Shown: piece after piece, positions 18,562-29,302 of the stretch
How the letters are laid out: each line of letters begins with the position of its first letter
How positions within the stretch are numbered: the first letter of the stretch is position 1
Translations under genes and position numbers: made by a program
Notes under the pieces: generated by a model
What the model saw: only the letters and a program-made list of their open reading frames with translations
What the model was told of the DNA's origin: nothing
Databases searched by the model: none
Assembly: GCA_019745315.1 (NCBI GenBank)
Contig: JAIETH010000002.1
Location: 32,654-96,653, forward strand
Length of the DNA stretch: 64,000 bases
Source: Patescibacteria group bacterium
GTDB taxonomy: Bacteria; Patescibacteriota; Minisyncoccia; Phycocordibacterales; UBA918
Direction of reading: 5' to 3'

Positions 18562-18927
18562 CTGTCATTTTTCCCACATTACTGTGAGGATCGGACTATA
18601 TCTTCATCCATACGTAATTTCGCATGGAGATCGGCGTGTAGTCTCTACGGGATCATGTACCAATATGCTTTCGGAATGAAATTAATCTGAAATTGATACT
18701 GACTTCCCACGGTATTGTCCACCTTCTCATTCTCTCTTACGAGAGCGGCTGATGTGGAGTTCACCGTTATAGCCAATTTGTTTTTGTACGGCATTACTGC
18801 CATAGGCACCCCGATGTATTTCGTTTGTTCTATATGGACTTTCGTCCATACAATCTTCGCTCACTCGGTCATGCAAAAGTAAACTTTTGCGCGACGCTCA
18901 TTCGCTTGATTGTAACTACATAAGTTA
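18562..18927 (-). ncRNA. Group I intron at 23S position L2500 (366 nt, no endonuclease ORF)
   Basis: Interrupts GGCACCU^CGAUGUC; ends in G; R element GUAGAGACUACA, S element AAGAUAUAGUCC. Confidence 0.9.
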
Positions 18928-19495
18928 AGGTGCCGAACCGTGCCGTCGCTATGGACGCTTGGGCACGACTAGCCTGTTATCCCCAGGGTAACTTTTATCG
19001 GGTAATCTCCGGCCGCATCTAACGCGTACCATCGGTTCACTATGCTCCGCTTTCGCGTCTGCTTGGCATCTACGCCTTACAGTCAAGCTGGCTTATGCCA
19101 TTACACTATCGGCACGGTTTCCATTCGCGCCTAGCCAACCTTGAGACCCCTCCGTTACTTTTTAGGAGGGTAGCGCCCCACTAAAACTGCCTACCACGCA
19201 CTGTCTCAGCATGATTTTTTCATGCTGGTTAGAAACTGCCCGAGTAAAGAATGGTATTTCACTGACGAGTCCACACTTCCCAAAAGAAATGCTTCAACCT
19301 CTCCCATCTATTCTACGCATCACAAGAACAGCCTCAATACGAAGCTACAGTAAAGCTCCTGGGGTCTTTTCGTCTAACTGCAGGTACCCGGCATCTTCAC
19401 CGGGATTGTATTTTCACCGAGCAAGTCCTTGAGACAGTTCCCCAGTCATTACGCCATTCGTGCACGTCGGAACTTACCCGACAAGGAATTGCGCT

Positions 19496-19722
19496 CTTCT
19501 ATTCCTCAAAGAAGGACTCTGTCTTCGTCCGTCCGCATAGGCGACTAAGGACGCGTGACATCTGGTCTCTTTGTGGTCACGTTTTGACTAAGCGTACATC
19601 TCTGTACGCAAGGTAGCTTTTTGAATGATCATCTACGTATCTCTCATAGATGAATTTGCGTCCATTTACCAATCCATAATCGTTCCAGTCATTCGGTTCA
19701 CTTCATTACTGAAATGAACCGA
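19496..19722 (-). ncRNA. Small group I-like intron at 23S position L1931 (227 nt)
   Basis: Interrupts CUAAGGU^AGCG; ends in G; S-like AAGACAGAGUCC; R element imperfect. Confidence 0.7.
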
Positions 19723-21495
19723 ACCTTAGAACGATTATAGTTATCGCTGACATTGACCGGGGCTTACATAGCCCAGCAGTACAGATTGCTCCATACCACC
19801 TTCCATGTTTAACCTTCCGGCATTGGTCAGGCGTCACCCCCTATACATCCACTTACGTGTTCGCAGGGAGCTGTGTTTTTGGTAAACAGTTGCCAGGGAA
19901 TCTTTCGCTGCGGCCTCTCACCTTGCGGCGAGGAGGCAGGCCTTATCCCGAAGTTACGGCCGCTTTTTTGCCGAGTTCCTTAAGGACCTCTCACTCGTTC
20001 GCCTTGGTCTACTCGACCTGATCACCTGTGTCGGTTTGCGGTACGGAACCGTTTTGTGTAACGTAGAAGTTTTTCTTGGAAGCGTGCTCCCACAATTGAC
20101 GTGTCCGAAGACACATCTTCAGGTTCAACTCGGATGTGCATTAAAGCAGAAGTGCGGATTTACCTACACCTCACCCTCGAAGCACCAACGAAAATCCAGT
20201 AATTCGTTTGAAGTACAACCCTCCGTCCCTCCATAGAAACAAAACGGTGTTATGGAATATTAACCATATGTCCATCGCCTCCCCCGTTCGGGATCGGCTT
20301 AGGCCCGACTAACCCTTGGCTGATCACCATCGCCAAGGAAACCTTGATCTTTCGGCGGGAGGGGCTCTCACCCTCCTTGCGGTTACTTGTGCCGGCATTC
20401 TCACTTCCATACGCTCCAAGTCGGGTCTCCCCTCCTCTTCATCGCAGAATGGAACGCTCTCCTACCACTTACTCTGTACGAATACAGAGCAAATCCGCAG
20501 TTTCGGTACTATGCTTGAGCCCCGATCATCTTCGGCGCAGAAACTCTCGACGAGTGAGCTGTTACGCTATCTTTAAAGGATGGCTGCTTCTAAGCCAACC
20601 TCCTCGCTGTCAATGAATTTCCACCTCCTCAAGTTGCACTGAGCATAGATTTAGGGACCTTAACTGGCGATCTGGGCTGTTTCCCTTTTGACCAATGGAG
20701 CTTATCCCCCATAGTCTAACTGCCGTGTTTTTAATCCTTGGTATTCGGAGTTTGATAGGTCCCACGAGATTTCTCCCTGTTGGGACCTTCCAGTGCTCTA
20801 CCCCCAAGGGGAACACACGACGCCAACCCAAAAGCTGTTTCGGAGAGAACCAGCTATTACGGAATTCGATTAGCTTTTCACTCCTTACCACAAGTCATCC
20901 GATGGTTTTGTACGGCCAACCGGTTCGGGCCTCCCCTTATCTTTCGATAAGGTTCACCCTGCTCATGGCAAGCTCATCCCGCTTCGGGTCGCATTCTATC
21001 CCTTATAATTTCGCGCTATTAACACTCGCTTTCGCTCTGCCTCCGGGGGTCGTCCCCTTAGACGAAGGAATACAATGCACTCGCCGGCTCATTCTTCAAT
21101 AGGCACGCGGTCACCAGACTTACGTCCAGCTCCCACTCTTTGTAGGCATACGGTTTCAGATCTATTTCACTGTCCTCACCGGACTGTTTTTCACCTTTCC
21201 CTCACGGTACTCGTTCACTATCGGTCTCTTAAAATATTTAGCCTTAGGAGTTAGTGCTCCCAGATTCATTCGAGCTATTCATGTCTCGAACTACTCAGGA
21301 ACGACAACAAGAAAGTAGTATTGATTTCGTATACGGGACTATTACCCACTGGGGTCACGCTTTCCAGCGTGTTCTACTACCAATACTTTTTGTAACTTTC
21401 CTCAACTAAATGAAGTTGCCGCCCTACAACCCCGACTATGTAAACACAATCGGTTTGGGCTGATCCCGTTTCGCTCGCCGCTACTAAGGGAATCG

Positions 21496-21565
21496 CAAGT
21501 GTCTTCTTCCTGACTATAATGGCTCCGCCAGTTGGCAGAATTTAGCCAGAAAGAAAACACCTTGT
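21496..21565 (-). other. ~70-nt hairpin expansion/IVS in 23S domain I
   Basis: Extra stem caagtgtcttctt…aagaaaacaccttg between otherwise adjacent conserved blocks. Confidence 0.65.
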
Positions 21566-22106
21566 ATTGCTTTCTTTTCCTCCAGGTACTGAGATGTTTC
21601 ACTTCCCTGGGTATGCAAATGTCTTACGACAAATCTCTATCGTAGATAGAGGGGTTTCCCCATTCGGAGATCCTCGGTTATAACGATTGCTTGGCATCTT
21701 ACCGAGGCTTATCGCAGCCATGCCACGTCCTTCTTCGCTTTTAAGAGCCTAGGCATCCACCGTACGCCCTTCATTCCTGTAAGGAATGCTAGACACCGTT
21801 TAAGGCACTTTCCATTCCATTACATGAATACTAAACACCGCTGTTTAGATTTTGATTTTTGTTGTTGTTCGCATGACACACACTCTGACGAAAAGACCCT
21901 CTTTAAAGACATGTGTGCACCATGCGTCACGTGTATGCAACAAAACATACACGATTGCTCGATACTTCCTACATGATATTAAATTTTCAACGAGCGAGTG
22001 TCCCGTATAAGGACTAAAAAAACCGCTTTGAGCGGAGAGAGAAACCCACAGAGAGTCCAACTTCCGCTTACAGGTTTTTATAGTTACTCATAGACACGTA
22101 GCCGCC

Positions 22107-22134
22107 ATTATATAGGAAAGTAAAATGGCGTCAA
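22107..22134 (-). promoter_or_regulatory. 23S-5S promoter TTGACG-16-TATAAT
   Basis: Same motif as the 16S promoter, followed by a GC-rich discriminator. Confidence 0.75.
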
Positions 22135-22247
22135 CCCCTTGCTGAGGAATGAGGAAATTACACAAAAAAGAGCCTAATTCCTTTGGAATTAGGCTCTTTT
22201 AGAAGGGTACAGAATTACCCAAAAAAGCGGCATTTTGGAGAAATGCC

Positions 22248-22871
22248 TTACTTTCGCAAAGCGTCACGTGTTCCTATCTTGTCTACGAGAATCTGATGTG
22301 GGTAATCAAATACATCGCGCGTCAATTTGTCATACATTCCCAACCGATAGAGAAAGTCTTCTGTGCTAAATACCGCAAAGCGGATTTCAATACCGAGCTC
22401 TGCCTCAAGCGTACGTACCGCAGCCTCAATTTTTCCTTGCTGAACTTTTTTTGCCGCAAGAATCAGATCGAGTCGTCCATCAAATGAACGTGTAAAAATT
22501 CCTGAAGTCACAACAAGATCAAGCTTCCCCGCTTTTCGCATATGACGAAAAACTGTTTTGCTTTCAAGTGGTGCGGTCTCAAACAGAAATGTCTGGAGTG
22601 GAGCAAGTTTTGGAAACTTATGATTCAGCGCATATCCTTGCACACGGCGCTTCTTGCCATTTGGGCCGAGTACTTGAATTTGTTTTTTCTGAATAATAAG
22701 CGCACGTTCAAGCGAAGAAAGCTCAGCCCGCGCAGTATGTCGCACAAGACGCGCGCGCCGCAATATATCGTCAACACTAAAGACAGCAGAGGGATTGAAG
22801 AGGAAAAGACGAAGCAGCTTAACGGTTGCGAGGTTTCCAAAAAGAATTGAGAGCCAGTCAGTATGTTTCAT
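22248..22871 (-). CDS. HTH protein with degenerate nucleotidyltransferase-like C-terminus
   Basis: KLLRLFLFNP HTH-like N-terminus; SGIF…LDLIL minimal-NTase-like pattern. Confidence 0.6.
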   Translation of the reverse strand: MKHTDWLSILFGNLATVKLLRLFLFNPSAVFSVDDILRRARLVRHTARAELSSLERALIIQKKQIQVLGPNGKKRRVQGYALNHKFPKLAPLQTFLFETAPLESKTVFRHMRKAGKLDLVVTSGIFTRSFDGRLDLILAAKKVQQGKIEAAVRTLEAELGIEIRFAVFSTEDFLYRLGMYDKLTRDVFDYPHQILVDKIGTRDALRK

Positions 22872-22934
22872 ATAATTCGTGTTAGCCGAGGGATTATAGC
22901 ATAATCGATTCGGCGGCAGCTACAAAACAAAAAA

Positions 22935-23609
22935 TCAATCGGGAACCCTTGCGGAACTCTTCTTGCTATTCTTGTAACTATGCACTGCAGCATCGACCAA
23001 TTCTTGAACAGTTCTTCTCTCCACTAAAGGGGCCCAAGAATCATATATCGTTTTTATTGCCGAATAATAATCTTCACTTTGTATTCGCCTTAAGAGCATA
23101 TTGTGAGCAAATTCTTCAACCAGCTGTACGAAGACTTCATGTACAGCATACAACGCTCTACTATCTATGGTCTTATACAAAATCACTTGCCACGAAAATT
23201 CCTCCATCTCGTTCAAGAGATTGGTTGAACTTTTGTTCAAATTCTGATCTTCTTCCAAATTTCCCTGTTTTAAACAGATTTCTCTCCTCTGATCGTATAA
23301 CCAACCATATGTAAACTCCTCAATATAACCAACTCTAGGAAATACAAATTTTGAATCTTTCGCCTGCATCTCTGTAAGCATTTTTGAGTAGCGATTCATG
23401 ATTTCGGTTCTAAAAAATCGTAACTGTTGAAGAGTCACGCGCACATCTTCTTGTTCCACTCTATTTCTGTGGTCTACATATGCAACGATCACAGCCAGTA
23501 CAGCAATCACTGTCGCTATATTTGCTAGGCTTTCTAACCAATCAAGATCACTTAGTGAGATAGCCAAAGGGATTGTCAGGCCAAGTAAAAAAGCAATAAA
23601 ATACTTCAT
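22935..23609 (-). CDS. Hypothetical membrane-anchored protein
   Basis: 224-aa ORF with two N-terminal hydrophobic helices. Confidence 0.65.
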   Translation of the reverse strand: MKYFIAFLLGLTIPLAISLSDLDWLESLANIATVIAVLAVIVAYVDHRNRVEQEDVRVTLQQLRFFRTEIMNRYSKMLTEMQAKDSKFVFPRVGYIEEFTYGWLYDQRREICLKQGNLEEDQNLNKSSTNLLNEMEEFSWQVILYKTIDSRALYAVHEVFVQLVEEFAHNMLLRRIQSEDYYSAIKTIYDSWAPLVERRTVQELVDAAVHSYKNSKKSSARVPD

Positions 23610-23636
23610 ATGTGTTTATTAAAAAAATTAAGCACC

Positions 23637-23703
23637 ATCACAAGTTGCTAAATAAAATGCTCCAAGTATTCGCATTTATACTAAGCACTCGCGATCCAGC
23701 CTC
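23637..23703. repeat. Palindromic REP/MITE-like element, copy 2
   Basis: Aligns to 61-119 with compensatory stem changes. Confidence 0.6.
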
Positions 23704-23765
23704 AGCCCTTTCTCGTCCCCTGTACGCGGGCTTCCGGCCCTGGCGTAAAGTCACCTACTCAACAC

Positions 23766-23799
23766 AAAAAGAAAGAGCCCCGAAGGGCTCTTTCTTTTT
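23766..23799 (-). terminator. rplJL terminator
   Basis: aaaaagaaagagccc-cgaa-gggctctttcttttt. Confidence 0.85.
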
Positions 23800-23800
23800 C

Positions 23801-24208
23801 TTATTTGAGTGTGACTTTTGCGCCAGCCTCTTCCAATTTTGCTTTGAGTGCATCTGCATCTTCCTTCTTGAGACCTTCCTTCATTACTGATGGAGCGGCG
23901 TCAACCAAGTCCTTAGCCTCCTTAAGACCGAGACCAAGTACCTCCTTAACAACCTTGATTACTGCAATCTTCTGCGCACCAGCGTCAGTCAATTCAACAG
24001 CAAATGTGCTCTGTGCTTCCTCTCCACCTCCTGCTGCAGGAGCTGCAACTGCTACAGCTGAAGCAGATACTCCAAACTTCTTTTCAAAAACCTTCACAAG
24101 CTCATGGAGCTCGAGAACGCTCATTTCTTCGATAGCTGCAACGATTGTCTTGAACTTTTCTGGAACAACAACTTCTTCAGTTGTTGTTACTTCTGTTGTT
24201 TCATCCAT
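23801..24208 (-). CDS. rplL: 50S ribosomal protein bL12
   Basis: [27 protein letters not shown]. Confidence 0.97.
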   Translation of the reverse strand: MDETTEVTTTEEVVVPEKFKTIVAAIEEMSVLELHELVKVFEKKFGVSASAVAVAAPAAGGGEEAQSTFAVELTDAGAQKIAVIKVVKEVLGLGLKEAKDLVDAAPSVMKEGLKKEDADALKAKLEEAGAKVTLK

Positions 24209-24226
24209 ACGAATAGTATTAACTGA

Positions 24227-24712
24227 TTAAGATTTCTTTTCTGCAATAGCATTGAGAGCCAACACCAATCCTTGTATAGGTGAGTTGATTACGTTTACAA
24301 ACATTCCACGAAGCACTGGGAGTGCTGGGATTGATGCAATGGTAACCATCTCCTCCTTATTTTTGTACGCTCCTGCAAATACTCCTCCCACAATCGCAAC
24401 AGCTCCTTTGAATTTCTTTTCAAATTCACCAATGCTTTGTGCTGGCGCAATTGCGTCTGTGCTGTGCACAAATGCAACTTCTCCAGGAAGCTCAGGCATC
24501 GTACCTGTGTATCCTCCTTCATCGAGAGCACGTGCCATCAATGTCTTCTTTGCAACGATATACCCAACGCCTCGAGCGCGAAGCTCACGACGCATTTCGG
24601 TTGTATCTTTACCGGTGAGCCCTGTAAATTTTGCAAAAACGACTGTCTCTGCACCTTTACGCGCAGAACTCAAGCGCGATAGAATTTCTTGCTTTTTCCC
24701 TTTCGAGATCAT
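24227..24712 (-). CDS. rplJ: 50S ribosomal protein uL10
   Basis: VAKKTL motif; directly upstream of rplL; start MISKGKK. Confidence 0.93.
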   Translation of the reverse strand: MISKGKKQEILSRLSSARKGAETVVFAKFTGLTGKDTTEMRRELRARGVGYIVAKKTLMARALDEGGYTGTMPELPGEVAFVHSTDAIAPAQSIGEFEKKFKGAVAIVGGVFAGAYKNKEEMVTIASIPALPVLRGMFVNVINSPIQGLVLALNAIAEKKS

Positions 24713-24762
24713 ATGTATGTGGCTTAAAGTTGTGACGAGACCGCGGAATGCGTTCGACCTTC

Positions 24763-24870
24763 CCAAAGCCCTCGTTATATAAAATGAGGAGTGGGACCTC
24801 GGCAGGGTACGTGATGCGTGTTTAATTAGAGACTCTCGCCTCTAGCCCTACTGTCTTTGGTCTGTCGGGA
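24763..24870 (-). promoter_or_regulatory. L10 leader RNA
   Basis: AAGACAGUAGG…UUAA…CCUGCCGAGG pattern upstream of rplJ. Confidence 0.8.
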
Positions 24871-24949
24871 AATACCATACCATACAAAAGCGCTTATATG
24901 CAATATAAAAAGACCCGTGATACGGATCTTGAAACTCACCTCAAAACTA

Positions 24950-25588
24950 CTATGCCCACAGCCGCCTGATCCCATCGACCGAACGAAAAACACGAACAAT
25001 GGTCGGGAAACTCTGAACCTGCCTCCGAAACCATGCGGGAAACGTATACTCGACCGCGCTTACAATTGTCAGCACGGTCGCGATCCCGAGCATCGTGGCC
25101 GAAGAGATGGAAAGCAACAGGCTCTCTATCGGAAAACCGTAGAGGGTAAGAGCCACCATTTGAGCGGCAGCCTTCCATTTCCCCACAGAACTCGAAGCGA
25201 GTCGTTCACCCTTACGCGCACTCATCCACCGCATGGCGTCCACATAGAATTCACGAAGACCAATGACGCCGAAGCATATGATGTCCACAACCCCCACAGG
25301 CGCGTGCGCCACGAGAAATACGATGAACGAGAGCACGAGAATTTTGTCCGCAATAGGGTCGAGTATCGCCCCTATTTTTGTATGGAGCGCATACTTGCGC
25401 GCAAGATATCCATCCAAAAAGTCAGTGATAGACCCAACAACAAACAGACTGAGCGCTGTCCATTCTCCGAAAAAATCGCTCGAAGCAGCACACCATAGTA
25501 TGGTAGCCGCGCAGAGAAATCGTATTCCCGTGAGAATATTCGGCACATGCCGCACATACCCACGTTTTTGCGAAACATGTATCGACAT
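24950..25588 (-). CDS. pgsA: CDP-diacylglycerol--glycerol-3-phosphate phosphatidyltransferase-like protein (GC-rich cassette)
   Basis: PNILTGIR and TDFLDGYLARK…GAILDPIADK; GAGGAGG SD. Confidence 0.85.
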   Translation of the reverse strand: MSIHVSQKRGYVRHVPNILTGIRFLCAATILWCAASSDFFGEWTALSLFVVGSITDFLDGYLARKYALHTKIGAILDPIADKILVLSFIVFLVAHAPVGVVDIICFGVIGLREFYVDAMRWMSARKGERLASSSVGKWKAAAQMVALTLYGFPIESLLLSISSATMLGIATVLTIVSAVEYTFPAWFRRQVQSFPTIVRVFRSVDGIRRLWA

Positions 25589-25639
25589 AGCCCCCTCCTC
25601 ATAGATCCACATCAAGCCTACCTTACGTATACAAAAACG

Positions 25640-25883
25640 CAATCAACAAGATTTCCACATTGATATCCCCATGTTATCAACATACCCATCAAACCATTTC
25701 TATATGGGTGACATACCTCTCAGATACCAGTCAGATACCAGACACAAAGCTTTTCCAAGCGTATCCCTTTACGACATACCCTTCCGCTACCTGCAAAACG
25801 ACCTCCCTTCAAGGTATGTCGTAAAGGGAGATGCGCAGACTTTTCAACAAACTATCCCTAACCTCTCCACATACTTATCCACA
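25640..25883 (+). promoter_or_regulatory. Two phased arrays of DnaA-box-like 9-mers around a 17-bp inverted repeat
   Basis: Perfect TTATCCACA at 25875 plus degenerate boxes at 11-12-bp spacing. Confidence 0.5.
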
Positions 25884-25892
25884 TATTTCAAA

Positions 25893-26369
25893 CTACCCTT
25901 CAACCTCATCCTTAAGCTGCTCAGCTTTCCAGCCCACCATATTTGAGAATATTTGAAGCATACTTGCAGCTCCTGCAATTGCGCAGAACAAAATTGGATA
26001 GAGCGCGTATGAAGTGAGGTAATAGAAAAACACCACCGTTGCACCCGACCACATACCTACACACCAGGGACATGAGAGGAGGTCAGCGATAGTTCTTCGA
26101 GGCCCATTATCTGGCTTTTCTAGCGTACGCTTTCCTCGTTTCTCCACAACATCATAAAACTGATCTCTAAAAAAAGAAGTAATTTTATCGTATACAAACA
26201 GTCGTGTTATGCGGAGCGCAGCAAGTGTGAGTATGAAAAACTCCATGAGTGTTGGAATATTCTGGGGAAGCGCATTGAATGCCTCCAGTATCATTCCTCC
26301 CGATATAACAAAGGATGCAAAAAGGAGTGAGAAAAAAACATTCCATACGTATTGATCATTGATGTGCAT
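25893..26369 (-). CDS. DUF1360-like membrane protein
   Basis: RITRLFVYDKIT and LLSCPWCVGMW. Confidence 0.8.
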   Translation of the reverse strand: MHINDQYVWNVFFSLLFASFVISGGMILEAFNALPQNIPTLMEFFILTLAALRITRLFVYDKITSFFRDQFYDVVEKRGKRTLEKPDNGPRRTIADLLSCPWCVGMWSGATVVFFYYLTSYALYPILFCAIAGAASMLQIFSNMVGWKAEQLKDEVEG

Positions 26370-26661
26370 ATTATATATCGCTACCAACTATAAAAATAAT
26401 AAAAAGTGTTACTGCAATAACTCCTAAGAAGCTTACAAAAAATGTATAGAATGTTTTATTAAATAACTTCATACACACAGTATACAAGCAGTGTCTCTAT
26501 AACTAAAAAGATTTAATTGAATATCAATCTACAACCATAGCCTTATAAAAATAAGACGAATCGATTACTAAAAAGATTTTAGCAGACACGCAAAAAGCCC
26601 CCGAAGGGGCTTTTTGCTAACAGTTCTTAACTCACTGTGAGCTAAGTTACTCCACTATGTA

Positions 26662-28614
26662 TTAGATAGTGTTTACAGATACTGTATCTGAGAGGAAGTC
26701 TGTAAGGTTTGAAGTGTAGATCTGGTTTGCAGATGAATCACTTGAACCTGAAGTTCCCCACTTGATACCAGTAACTTTCTGCTGGATGATTCCGTCAATA
26801 CCTGCTTCAGACACAATTGTCATTGTGAATCGGCGAGTATCGCTTTCATCAATACTATATGCATGAGTAGTGTCGCTGCTGTCAGTGTCTGAAGCAGTTG
26901 TTACTGATGAGATAGTAGTTGTTCCAGTAGAAGCAAGTGATGTAGTCGCAAATGCGTTTCCATCAGTTCCTGTTGTTGGGCTTGCTGCAAAGATTGTATC
27001 TTTGTCAACGAAGATTTCTGAACCAAACGCCTTTACATCAAATACGAATGTAAATGTAGCCTGATCCTTCTCTCCAGTGTCATCAGCTGTGAATGACTTT
27101 GTAGCAGTCTTGCTTACAAATGTAACAGCGATACCATCTGAGTAAAATGCATGTGCATCACTTGAAGCAGCTCCTGTCTTGTCAGCAGCATCAAGATCCT
27201 CACCTTCTGCATCTTCAGCATCCCATGCAGCATCGTCTGGGTTCACGTCAGCAGCAAGAGTTGCTCCTGCAACGAATCCAGCTTCGAGATCGTTAACATC
27301 AACGCTCACGATAACTTCTACAGTCTCTCCAGCCTCAACTGTCCAGTCAAGACTATCGAAAGTAATAGTTCGTGTTGTTGCTGTTGTTGAAGAGATTGAT
27401 TCTGAACCAACCACTTCTCCATCAACGATCAATTCTGCTGTGTTAGCAATTTCACCAACTCCAGCACCTACTGATGTGAAGTCTACTGAAAGATCATCGA
27501 TAGTTACGTCTGAAGTTCCTTCGATTTCAACTTCGAAAGAGAGAATTTCAACTCCGTCTGTATCGTTGCTGTCGTCAACTTCGATAGTGCGGCCATCGTT
27601 GATTTCATCATCTCCCTTTGAAACCTTAAGCTCAAGATCAGATGCTGTTGCAAATGCCTCAAAGCTGAAAGTACGTCCAGATCCATCATTGATGTCTCCA
27701 GTTGAAGAATCAGAAATTACTGCGTTCTGTGCATCACGGAAGCGAACGCTCTCGAACTCTACAGTCCAAGTGTCACCTTCGTCGTCAGAATCGAGGTTTC
27801 CGATACCTGTGATAGCTACAGTAAGCTCTCCAACATCTCCAGCCTTGATAACAGCTCCACCGTCAAGTGATACTGTCTTATCGTAGTTGTCGTCGTCTGA
27901 GAACTCATCTGCGTCTACACGAGCAAACTCTTCTCCATCAAGCATGATAGATACTTCTTCGGCAACGTCGTCGAAGTCAGCATCTGATGTTCCGCGTGAG
28001 AAGTTAAGATTTACTGCTGTGATCTCAATGTCTGAAGAATCGTCAGCCTCGATTTCGAGACCAGCAACTTCTACATCCTCATCTCCCTCTCCAACTTCTT
28101 CGTTAGAAAGTTGTGACATGTAGTCTGCATCTTCAAGAGAACCAGCTCCTCCCTTAAGTCCACCTGTTGTTGTAGTAGTTGTTCCACCACCTGTTGTAGT
28201 AGTAGTTGTTCCACTAAGCTTAGCGCGGCTGATTGGACCAAAGTATCCAGCTGCTGGGCTAATACCTACTGCTGCCTGCCACTTTGCAAGAGCTGCCTGT
28301 GTCTGAGCACCGAAGTATCCAGTTGCACCTGCTGCAATTGCGTATCCGTTCTTGATCAAAACATTCTGAAGTGCTGTTACGTCAGCTCCTGATGAACCGA
28401 GAGTAAGATCACGTGTAAATGTTGTTGATGTTGTTGTTGTCGTTGTTGATCCTCCCTTAAGTGCAGCGAGTTCTGCAGTAAGTTTTGCGATCATTGCCTC
28501 CATCTCAGCAGTCGTCATAGCCTTTGCAGGCGCAAATGAAAGACTGAAGATCATAGAAGCAGTTACAAAGCCCACTACGAGCTTTGCTGCAATATTTTCT
28601 TTAGTAAAAGTCAT
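26662..28614 (-). CDS. S-layer-like secreted protein with peptidoglycan-binding domain
   Basis: Signal peptide; FTRDLTLGSSGADVTALQ…GYFG; Thr/Gly linkers; acidic beta-rich body; long leader and strong terminator. Confidence 0.8.
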   Translation of the reverse strand: MTFTKENIAAKLVVGFVTASMIFSLSFAPAKAMTTAEMEAMIAKLTAELAALKGGSTTTTTTSTTFTRDLTLGSSGADVTALQNVLIKNGYAIAAGATGYFGAQTQAALAKWQAAVGISPAAGYFGPISRAKLSGTTTTTTGGGTTTTTTGGLKGGAGSLEDADYMSQLSNEEVGEGDEDVEVAGLEIEADDSSDIEITAVNLNFSRGTSDADFDDVAEEVSIMLDGEEFARVDADEFSDDDNYDKTVSLDGGAVIKAGDVGELTVAITGIGNLDSDDEGDTWTVEFESVRFRDAQNAVISDSSTGDINDGSGRTFSFEAFATASDLELKVSKGDDEINDGRTIEVDDSNDTDGVEILSFEVEIEGTSDVTIDDLSVDFTSVGAGVGEIANTAELIVDGEVVGSESISSTTATTRTITFDSLDWTVEAGETVEVIVSVDVNDLEAGFVAGATLAADVNPDDAAWDAEDAEGEDLDAADKTGAASSDAHAFYSDGIAVTFVSKTATKSFTADDTGEKDQATFTFVFDVKAFGSEIFVDKDTIFAASPTTGTDGNAFATTSLASTGTTTISSVTTASDTDSSDTTHAYSIDESDTRRFTMTIVSEAGIDGIIQQKVTGIKWGTSGSSDSSANQIYTSNLTDFLSDTVSVNTI

Positions 28615-29302
28615 ATCTATAAAACTACTTGTAAATTTAACCTAATAATACGAATTAATTCATATTTGCGAATCGAGCACTCTCTTTTAATGAAAGCACT
28701 CGACTCACCACCCACTAACCCTTATACGCATTGAATCGACATGTATATAAGGAATAGCTGCGAAAAGAATACGTCGCGTGTCTGCCATACTTACCGTAAC
28801 GGGAATATGTCATGCGGAATTTCACACACCTATATATAAGTGTGTGTGTCTATGGAGTTTTCAAAGAACTGCTTTGAGTATTTTTATGTAGTAACCCTCT
28901 ACGAAAAAAGGTGCTCAAAGGCACACATGTAGTATATCGTACTCACATACAACAACTACATATGAGCGCTGTGGATAGATTGATAGTACGGTTGAATTTT
29001 TCTAAACTTCAAAACACAGAGTGTAATGAGAGCGAAAACAACGCGCACCAACTACCACACCGGCGCTTAGAGAATACGTTTTCGGACTACTAAAGTCAAC
29101 GAATACGCTTTCTCTATCTGTATATGTAGACGAGGGAGTCTCATACTTTCTTACCTACACAAATGTAAAAAACCTATGTTTTTATAGCTTTTTTAGCATT
29201 TTGTCAAAAAAGCCTACCTGATCTTCTATGCGACATTACTTTACAGCACAATACATTAAACAACTTTAGTAAAGCGCTGCATTTTTATTATAGTTACAAA
29301 AT

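Noticed and set aside
25640-25883. Replication origin
   Set aside because: No dnaA/dnaN, no obvious unwinding element, and no switch in gene orientation or apparent skew
28160-28450. Tandem gtt/gta repeats
   Set aside because: They encode Thr/Gly linkers of the S-layer-like protein
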